64,000 nt of DNA from a virus: IMG/VR virus record IMGVR_UViG_3300036861_000330, positions 39,157 through 103,156 of that record. The stretch is one strand, 5' to 3'. Positions 57,585 through 64,000 of the stretch are shown one piece after another. Made by a program: the position numbers and the translations under genes. The notes below the pieces were generated by a model. The model searched no databases. It saw only the letters and a program-made list of their open reading frames with translations, and was not told the DNA's origin. Each line of letters opens with the position of its first letter. Within the stretch, counting starts at the first letter, position 1.

Positions 57585-57888
57585 GCACCCACCGCCCTTT
57601 ATGGACAAACCCATGGTCGCCACAATGGCATAGCACAGATGGCATGAGCGTCAGCGGTTCCCATGACTCAACAGTCCACCGATCACGACTCTCGAAAAAC
57701 TTTCTCGTTACTTCACTGTCGAAGAAAATACTGCCTTCGCACTCAATGCCGTTCGGTGTCTTGTGTGTCATAATGGCGCCCAGCCGCTCAATATCAGGGA
57801 ACCCCTCATACTGTGGATTCAGCTCCCGATCCGGCTTCCAGCTTGTAAACCGAAGCCAGTGGTTGTCCCCTAAATCCATTGTGTGCAT
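57577..57888 (-). CDS. hypothetical protein (WEPLTL.PS..C.CG.HG family)
   Basis: Cys/His motif. Confidence 0.65.
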   Translation of the reverse strand: MHTMDLGDNHWLRFTSWKPDRELNPQYEGFPDIERLGAIMTHKTPNGIECEGSIFFDSEVTRKFFESRDRWTVESWEPLTLMPSVLCHCGDHGFVHKGRWVHA

Positions 57889-58088
57889 TACACCTCCGGT
57901 GGAGGGAACCCAAGCTTTGGATCAAAATTTGGCGTCCAGTGCGTAAGAATCCAGCGAGCAAGCACCCGGTCGTACTCTTTAACTGACTCTGAAAGATCTT
58001 CGTACCGGTCAACATGACGAGCATCGTCTTGGCGATGCGCCTCGACTTGGTAAATATCGTGCAGACAAGCCGACAGTGCCTCAAGCAT
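57888..58088 (-). CDS. hypothetical protein
   Basis: Coupled ORF. Confidence 0.5.
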   Translation of the reverse strand: MLEALSACLHDIYQVEAHRQDDARHVDRYEDLSESVKEYDRVLARWILTHWTPNFDPKLGFPPPEV

Positions 58089-58341
58089 CTAACCACTCCA
58101 CCTTCGTCGTACCATCATGACCATGCAACACTTCAAGTTCATCCATTGATGGGTAGATAGCATGACTACGAACAACAGTGTGCCAGTGGAGTGCTACGGT
58201 GCCGTCACCCCATTCGACGCCCGAAGCCACATACCCAGTCCCAGACACACCAGAAACGTCAACATCGCGGTGCAGTCGGAACCGCTTAGGATCTGCCATC
58301 TCAATGGTGGCATTGACAAACTTAGGCAACGTTGGCTCCAA
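58081..58341 (-). CDS. conserved actinophage hypothetical protein
   Basis: F.L.RD.DVSGVSGTG.VA.GV...DG...HGH.G.T motif. Confidence 0.75.
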   Translation of the reverse strand: MEPTLPKFVNATIEMADPKRFRLHRDVDVSGVSGTGYVASGVEWGDGTVALHWHTVVRSHAIYPSMDELEVLHGHDGTTKVEWLDA

Positions 58342-58720
58342 TTCGTTTCATCGCTGCACGAATCCGACTCTTCACACTTGCCAACGAAACGCCATTGAGT
58401 GGGTACTTCGCTGCGTTCTCAGGGTGGTTGATATAGCCCCATGCCGCCCGGATGTGACGTTCCGTGTCAATCGGATACTTCTCGTTTTTCGGGTCGGCAT
58501 ACTCCACATCACCGTATGGCTTCTTTTTCTGTTTCTTTTTAGTCTCCGCCATCTCCCAGTGATTGCGTGGAACCGTCACCTCTGCTGCGGTTACATTGGC
58601 GTAGAGGGCTCGCAAATGCGCTGTTGCCTGGTCCTTTGAGCTGTGGCACTTCACCAGCTCACCAGGGCTTCCATCGGCGTTCTTTTTGTGAACACAGTTG
58701 CCCTTCAGGACATATGGCAT
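58322..58720 (-). CDS. hypothetical protein
   Basis: KPYGDVEYADP...KYPIDT..HIRAAW.YI motif. Confidence 0.7.
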   Translation of the reverse strand: MPYVLKGNCVHKKNADGSPGELVKCHSSKDQATAHLRALYANVTAAEVTVPRNHWEMAETKKKQKKKPYGDVEYADPKNEKYPIDTERHIRAAWGYINHPENAAKYPLNGVSLASVKSRIRAAMKRIGANVA

Positions 58721-58738
58721 CTGCGAGCCCTCTTCCCA

Positions 58739-59149
58739 TTACAGACTTACTGAGATTCCGTTCGTGGTGTCGGTCAGTACCACATTGCTAAACACCACGG
58801 TCATCGGTGGTGAGCACGACGGCTGGAACACTGCGGTTAGTGAGAGTGTGCCCTCAGTCTTACCATTTTGCACCGGAAAGTCGCCAGCAGTGCTGAAACT
58901 TTCTTTGTTCGCAGCCTGCGGCTCATTGTTACCAGGGTTCACACACTGGGCATCGGCGCTCAGCACGACGTGGACCTGCTCTTCATCGCCCAAGCCGGCT
59001 TCCTTGAACGATACGGTCAGTGTGGCACCGTCCTGCGTAAGCTGGACCTTGTCATCCACGAAATGTGGACTCCCAGCAAATGCTGGCTGGACTGAGAACA
59101 GTACCGCAGCCATAACGCCAACAGCCATAAGCACCTTACGAACCTGCAT
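58739..59149 (-). CDS. secreted hypothetical protein
   Basis: Signal peptide ending AFA; FKEAGLG motif. Confidence 0.7.
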   Translation of the reverse strand: MQVRKVLMAVGVMAAVLFSVQPAFAGSPHFVDDKVQLTQDGATLTVSFKEAGLGDEEQVHVVLSADAQCVNPGNNEPQAANKESFSTAGDFPVQNGKTEGTLSLTAVFQPSCSPPMTVVFSNVVLTDTTNGISVSL

Positions 59150-59504
59150 GTTCTGCTCCTTTTTCTTGTTGCTGTGCGAGTAGTTCGACTACTCGCCTGG
59201 CGATCCGCTCTACATCTGCATCAGACAGTGGCCACCACGTAGACACGTATGTCGTTGTAGGATAGGTATACGGCGATGTCGTTGGCGTCGTAATAAAGTA
59301 GTTCAGCGCAGTTCCCGCATTACAGTCATTAACCAGCATGTGCATCAGCCCTTTTGTCGTCGCAGGCGTGGCCGAGCAGCTTGTGGAAAAAGATGTGCTG
59401 CTCAACGTTTACAACAACCACCCCACAGGAGCAGTGCCAAGGATCGGTGCCAGTGATTTCAAACCAACCAATGCGATACAAGGTCGTGGTGTCGTATTTC
59501 GTAA

Positions 59505-59738
59505 TCATAACTTCCTCTCCTGAAGGTTTCTGAGCATCTCGTCCTGCTTGAGTTCCGTACGGACAGCCTGCCAGCTAGAGAAATGCCCGACAAAATTCGC
59601 ATACACCGAACAAAAGGCGATGTAGGCAGCTAGTAGCCGCATCGGCAGAACAAACACAAGTGGGAAGTTGAGAAACCACAGGACCGTCCCAACTGCATGC
59701 ATCCTTGCAAGAAACTCTGGCCTCGCAAAGAACCTCAT
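59505..59738 (-). CDS. small membrane protein
   Basis: Two hydrophobic segments, SVYAN..GH motif. Confidence 0.55.
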   Translation of the reverse strand: MRFFARPEFLARMHAVGTVLWFLNFPLVFVLPMRLLAAYIAFCSVYANFVGHFSSWQAVRTELKQDEMLRNLQERKL

Positions 59739-59950
59739 TCGCCCTTGTATGTTCCATACTTGTGGCCTACCTCGTCAAGCGAGTCCTTCATGCACAACGG
59801 CCCACAGGCAGTGTGCTTGGTTCCCTGTTTGCCTGGGCCGTGCGCAGAGACATGGAGGTGCACCCCGTTCGGGTCGGTCATCTTTTTGCAACTGTCGCAC
59901 ACATGCACATGAACTGGCAGGCTAACTGGTTCGACAGTTTGTGTCATGGG

Positions 59951-60499
59951 TTACCGCCCAACGACAAGCGTGCCAGTCTGGGTTCTGTTGATCCCAATTC
60001 CGGCAACTTTCTGGTAGTTTGTTCCACCAGACGGCCCCTGGCGAAGTGCAGGAACCCGAATCGTATAGGCACTTGCGGTATTACCACCAGGCAGTGCACC
60101 AGCCGGCGTAACGGCACCGGTGTCATCAAACTGCAACCCAACCACTGTTGCCATAAACAGCTCACCAGCAGCCGTGCGACCATAGACCTTATATGCTGCT
60201 GCGCCAGACACGGCCGTCCAGGTCACACGGTTGAAGTTGGCCCCTGACAAGACGGCATTCCCCGTTGCCGTCGTGCCAGCAGTACCAGCAAGCGTCTCAC
60301 CGGTCCCACTTACTGCACTAATTCGGTAGCTGTATGCAGCGGCACCAGTCGTCCCCTGTGGTGTCACGGTTGGGGTACCAGGCGTGCCAAGTGCTGCCGT
60401 TGAGACAATCATTGCCGGGAACACTTGGCCGTCGAGGTGCCGGTAGCCGATATTTGGGAACCCGCTTGTTCCCTTCTGCTTACGAACGACTTGCGTCAT
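59951..60499 (-). CDS. virion protein with FN3-like domain resembling the insert in the major tail protein
   Basis: YSYRISAV..GET...VTWTAVSGAAAYKVY versus YRYVVTAI..GET...VTWVTVSGATGFKLY. Confidence 0.7.
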   Translation of the reverse strand: MTQVVRKQKGTSGFPNIGYRHLDGQVFPAMIVSTAALGTPGTPTVTPQGTTGAAAYSYRISAVSGTGETLAGTAGTTATGNAVLSGANFNRVTWTAVSGAAAYKVYGRTAAGELFMATVVGLQFDDTGAVTPAGALPGGNTASAYTIRVPALRQGPSGGTNYQKVAGIGINRTQTGTLVVGR

Positions 60500-60804
60500 T
60501 CCACCTTCCCTTCGTTGGTCTCTGCAAACTCCGTCACTTCGTCAAAGAACCTGACGAGCGGGTCGGCAGCGGTCTGCACTTCCAGCTCCATCGCCTTGGT
60601 CACAATAAACTTCGAAGCCTCAAGGCGAATGTTCTCGCGCGTTGCATACAGTGAGAGCTGGGCAATACTGCGAACTGCGGCAGGAAAATAGGCTCGCAAG
60701 TCCTTACAACCAATTGAGTACGGTGTGTCTTCTGGGAGCATGGTGCGCTCCATCACCAGCGCCTCAAGCTGGTGGTCGCCGTCCCACTCACGCTGCACCG
60801 ACAT
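60496..60804 (-). CDS. hypothetical protein, possible terminase small subunit
   Basis: First clear gene of the late operon; helical, ENIRLEASKFIV. Confidence 0.5.
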   Translation of the reverse strand: MSVQREWDGDHQLEALVMERTMLPEDTPYSIGCKDLRAYFPAAVRSIAQLSLYATRENIRLEASKFIVTKAMELEVQTAADPLVRFFDEVTEFAETNEGKVE

Positions 60805-60982
60805 GGTCAGTCCCTCCCATCACGAACAAAATCCATGGACCTGCACAATCGACTCCTCCTCGGATGCCCCCCTCTGTACGGTGGTGTGTGCCAGGCCCAT
60901 ACACACTTTCTATACTTGCGTTGTACGAGCACGATATCGTGGATGGAGTGGCGAACTGTCACTGGTCCTGAAACCTCCTAAT

Positions 60983-61016
60983 CTCATTGTACGCCAAATG
61001 TCAATATGATATCGTG
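60983..61016 (-). promoter_or_regulatory. putative late promoter/operator, copy 2
   Basis: Matches 44222-44255; sits at the strand switch heading the late operon. Confidence 0.6.
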
Positions 61017-61027
61017 GCCGATAGAAC

Positions 61028-61085
61028 TGGCGCCTACATGGAGACCGTCGATCTGGAACAGCCTCGGCGCCCTGCGACAACGAAA
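61028..61085 (+). repeat. TIGR-like unit (1.5 units)
   Basis: TGGCGCCTA-CATGGAGAC-CGTCGATCTG-GAACAGCCT-CGGCGCC. Confidence 0.8.
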
Positions 61086-61092
61086 GGGAACT

Positions 61093-61320
61093 GTGATTAC
61101 ACCGGAACTGTCCATTCAGCAGTGGCAGCAGATACGGTCACTGCTCAAAAAAGAAGCAGAACTGTTTGGCTGGTATGCCAACATGCCAGATGAACGGTTC
61201 AATGAACTGTCTGCTCGAAGCCAAACGAAAATTAAGTCATTAAAGACACTCGACAGAAAACTGCTGAGTGCCAGGTACCCACGACTACGCAGCAATGAGT
61301 TCAAGGACCTAGGAGGGTAG
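61093..61320 (+). CDS. hypothetical protein
   Basis: GTG after AAGGGA; 3' part of ORF 61006..61320. Confidence 0.5.
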   Translation: MITPELSIQQWQQIRSLLKKEAELFGWYANMPDERFNELSARSQTKIKSLKTLDRKLLSARYPRLRSNEFKDLGG

Positions 61321-61346
61321 TTCGTGCAACCAGTAAAGAGTGACAA

Positions 61347-61568
61347 ATGAAGGTCTACGCCGCGATTATTGAGGACCGTCACGTTGATACCGACGTGGAA
61401 ATTTTCACCACCGACAGCTCCGCCATCGACTGGGCACGCAACTTCGCGAAGAAGTACGCACGCCACCAAGATGACTACCAAGAAGTAACTATCCCCGGGT
61501 GGCTGTTTTACGCTCGGTACTCCGTCGAAGGAGATAAAATCCACGTCGTTGAAAAGGAACTGTACTGA
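61347..61568 (+). CDS. hypothetical protein
   Basis: ORF track. Confidence 0.65.
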   Translation: MKVYAAIIEDRHVDTDVEIFTTDSSAIDWARNFAKKYARHQDDYQEVTIPGWLFYARYSVEGDKIHVVEKELY

Positions 61569-62029
61569 AGATCTTCCTTGACACCGAGTTCATCGAGGAC
61601 GGCCATACCATTGAGTTACTGTCAATTGGGCTTGTCCATGAGGACGGTAGCGCATACTACGCCCAGCCAGCAGAAGCCGACCACACCCGCGCCAACCCAT
61701 GGGTTCGTGAGAACGTCCTTCCTCACCTCAGCGATATTTACACACCTCGCGTGAATATTGCAGAGCAGGTTGTTCGGTTCGTTGGCGAGCAACCAGAATT
61801 CTGGGGCTGGTACGCTGATTACGACTGGGTGGCACTGTGTCAGCTTTATGGCACGATGGTAAATCTGCCTCATGGCTGGCCAATGTACTGCCGAGACCTG
61901 AAACAGTGGGTTGACCAACTTGGAAACCCAACGCTGCCAGCACACCGTGGCAGGGAGCACCATGCACTCGTTGACGCCTACTGGATCGCTGAAGCGTGGA
62001 ACGCGGTCAACGAGTGGAGTCAAAAATGA
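61565..62029 (+). CDS. DEDDh 3'-5' exoribonuclease (Rv2179c-like)
   Basis: KIFLDTEFIEDG.TIELLSIGLV upstream of the tracked ORF, then YADYDWV and HHALVDA; needs a CTG start at 61565. Confidence 0.85.
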   Translation: MKIFLDTEFIEDGHTIELLSIGLVHEDGSAYYAQPAEADHTRANPWVRENVLPHLSDIYTPRVNIAEQVVRFVGEQPEFWGWYADYDWVALCQLYGTMVNLPHGWPMYCRDLKQWVDQLGNPTLPAHRGREHHALVDAYWIAEAWNAVNEWSQK

Positions 62030-62772
62030 ACTACTCCGAAATCCTCCGCACGGTCGTTGGCTCCCAAGTCCACGGGCTCACCATCGACGGGACTGACGAC
62101 CGTGACGAGATGGGGATCTGCATCGAGCCACTAGAATATGTCATTGGGCTCGAACGCTTTGAACAGTATACCTGTCGTACCCAGCCAGAAGGTGTTCGGA
62201 GCGGCCCAGGTGACCTGGATCTTGTTGTCTACTCGCTTCGAAAGTGGATGCGCCTCGCACTACACGGAAACCCAACGGTGCTCTTGCCACTGTTTGCACC
62301 GCCGGAATCGACGCTTGTCATCAACCCAGTTGGCGTAGCGCTTCGAGTATTCGCACCACATATCGTTTCACGAGATGCGGGCAGGCGGTTTCTTGGCTAC
62401 TTGCATGCACAACGGCAACGAATGCTTGGGAACCGTGGCCAAGCACGACTGCCAAACCGGCCAGAACTTGTTGAGAGGTTCGGCTATGACACCAAGTACG
62501 CCGGCCATATGCTTCGGCTCGGGTTCCAAGGCTGTGAGCTGCTGAACACCGGCCAGATTACGTTGCCAATGCTACCATCGCAACGAGAACATATCTTGGC
62601 CGTGCGCCGTGGCCAGGTACCACTGGCCCAAATCCTTGGTGAAGTGGACGGCATTGAGCATGTTCTACGAAAACTTATCGAAACATCACCACTACCAGAA
62701 CACCCAGACCGTACCGCTGCCAACCAGTTCTTGATCGACGCCTACCAAACAGCATGGAAAGGTAACTCATGA
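62026..62772 (+). CDS. Pol-beta-superfamily nucleotidyltransferase (RlaP/YcgL-like)
   Basis: VGSQVHGL..DGTDDRDEMG, GNPT and YDTKYAGH..RL motifs. Confidence 0.85.
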   Translation: MNYSEILRTVVGSQVHGLTIDGTDDRDEMGICIEPLEYVIGLERFEQYTCRTQPEGVRSGPGDLDLVVYSLRKWMRLALHGNPTVLLPLFAPPESTLVINPVGVALRVFAPHIVSRDAGRRFLGYLHAQRQRMLGNRGQARLPNRPELVERFGYDTKYAGHMLRLGFQGCELLNTGQITLPMLPSQREHILAVRRGQVPLAQILGEVDGIEHVLRKLIETSPLPEHPDRTAANQFLIDAYQTAWKGNS

Positions 62773-63314
62773 GTACGCAGCACCAAGGGTGGGAGCCACC
62801 ACCGAAGCCACCAAAAAGACCGAAGCCACCAAAAAGACCAAAGCCACGCTCATTCCACGCAGGCTTCTTTGGCTGTTTCGGAGTACTCGCCGCCATTATT
62901 GTCGTCATCATCGTCGCGGCAATACTGGCTGACGGCGGTACAGACGACAAGAACAAAGCCAAGACCACCGGTGTGACCGAAGTCACCGAGACTTCCACCG
63001 CACCGGTCCCCGCACCGTTCCCAAAACCCAGACCACAGGACTTCAAACTGGTCGTGAAGGTTCTTAGTAAGCAGTGCTATGGCTCGGCTGGCTGCAACGT
63101 GACTTACAAAGTGCAAGCCGGCTGGAAGCCAACGTACGACCCAGACAAAGACTATGAGCTTACCTACCAAGTGCTCGGCGGCGAAGACGGGCCGCAAATC
63201 AGCACAACAACCGTCCGAGGTGACAAGTATGAACCGCCTTCGGAAGAGGTAATCAGCACATCCTCGTCATCAAAGAAGCTTACAGCCAAAGTGATATCAG
63301 TCGAAGAGGTTTAG
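62769..63314 (+). CDS. membrane-anchored protein with Pro/Lys-rich N-terminus
   Basis: PKPPKR repeats, one TM helix, KQCYGSAGCNVTY motif. Confidence 0.75.
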   Translation: MSTQHQGWEPPPKPPKRPKPPKRPKPRSFHAGFFGCFGVLAAIIVVIIVAAILADGGTDDKNKAKTTGVTEVTETSTAPVPAPFPKPRPQDFKLVVKVLSKQCYGSAGCNVTYKVQAGWKPTYDPDKDYELTYQVLGGEDGPQISTTTVRGDKYEPPSEEVISTSSSSKKLTAKVISVEEV

Positions 63315-63488
63315 TCTCGCAAAGGAGAATTCTAATGACAGTTATTGTAGTTGCGGTCGCGGTCCTCTTGGGAATTGGCTACGCGATCAACCGGATGCGG
63401 CTTGTCATCCAAGCCGCAAAACTTGGCGTGAAGCCGCGTGACATTCGCAAGGCCCGCGCCATCAAACACGTGAAGTAAGGAACCCCAC

Positions 63489-63851
63489 ATGAACCTCGAA
63501 CGCCCGTCAGAGATCCTTCAGAAAGCACAGAACATCCTTCTTGAGGATGGCTGGGCGCAGTATTACCACAAAACAGGCGATGGCCGGCACTGCATGCTTG
63601 GTGCACTCTACGAAGCAGCCGGTTTCTACCACTCTGAGCCTGAGGCATACCGTCTTGAGTGGGATGACAGTAGGTTCAAACTGGTTGTCTATCCAGCATT
63701 CCAGTACCTTCACACCGCTGTTGGCATACCAGAAGCCAGTATTAGTGAGACAGTGTCGATGGTCAACGACAACTTTAGTACTACATTCACGGACGTAATG
63801 AACTGGTTTGACAAAGCCATTCTTCTCGCAAAGGAAGCGGAGTCTCTGTGA
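63489..63851 (+). CDS. hypothetical actinophage protein
   Basis: GW.Q...G..C.LGAL...ND...V...FDKAI motif. Confidence 0.7.
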   Translation: MNLERPSEILQKAQNILLEDGWAQYYHKTGDGRHCMLGALYEAAGFYHSEPEAYRLEWDDSRFKLVVYPAFQYLHTAVGIPEASISETVSMVNDNFSTTFTDVMNWFDKAILLAKEAESL

Positions 63852-63886
63852 CACGGGCGGCCCTGGTTTCAAGCCAAAGCCCCACA

Positions 63887-64000
63887 GGTGCTGCAAGATG
63901 CAAAAGAGATACTACTTCACAAAGACGCACGCCGAAGGAGCCCATACAGTGAACGAGCCTGCCGTGCTGGTGCTGCAAGATGCAAAAGAGGTACTACTTC
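63887..64000 (+). repeat. 32-bp direct repeat (63887-63918 and 63969-64000)
   Basis: GGTGCTGCAAGATGCAAAAGAG(A/G)TACTACTTC, one mismatch. Confidence 0.85.

Noticed and set aside
63887-64000. 32-bp direct repeat as terminal repeat or att site
   Set aside because: The copies are only 82 bp apart and cut by the window edge; no integrase is seen, so it cannot be interpreted.

Overview
The window is most of a tailed dsDNA bacteriophage genome with siphovirus-like architecture. The host is probably actinobacterial, judging by DUF397, DUF1996 and LPXTG-type genes. The + strand carries 1-24.8 kb and 61-64 kb: replication genes (primase-helicase, UDG-PolA fusion, RuvC-like resolvase), nucleotide/RNA-metabolism genes, a cluster of secreted proteins and 4 tRNAs. 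The - strand carries 24.8-60.8 kb: intein-containing terminase, Mu-like portal and protease, scaffold, capsid, tail, tape measure and lysis genes. The main finding is an RNA-guided-looking system of the TIGR-Tas type. A 260-aa protein made only of the IS110/Nop-like RNA-binding domain, with no nuclease (4126-4908), sits among arrays of 36-38-nt units with the structure CGGCGCCT-N-[9 nt]-CGAAAATCT-N-[9 nt]. About 55-60 such units, counted by eye, lie in ~10 loci across the genome, all on the + strand. They include an array interleaved with tRNA genes and a mini-array antisense between terminase and portal. A second unexplained element is a ~350-nt structured RNA with two circularly permuted tRNA-like modules (16670-17020) next to a SpoU methyltransferase. 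All protein calls come from motif recognition by eye; no database search was run.
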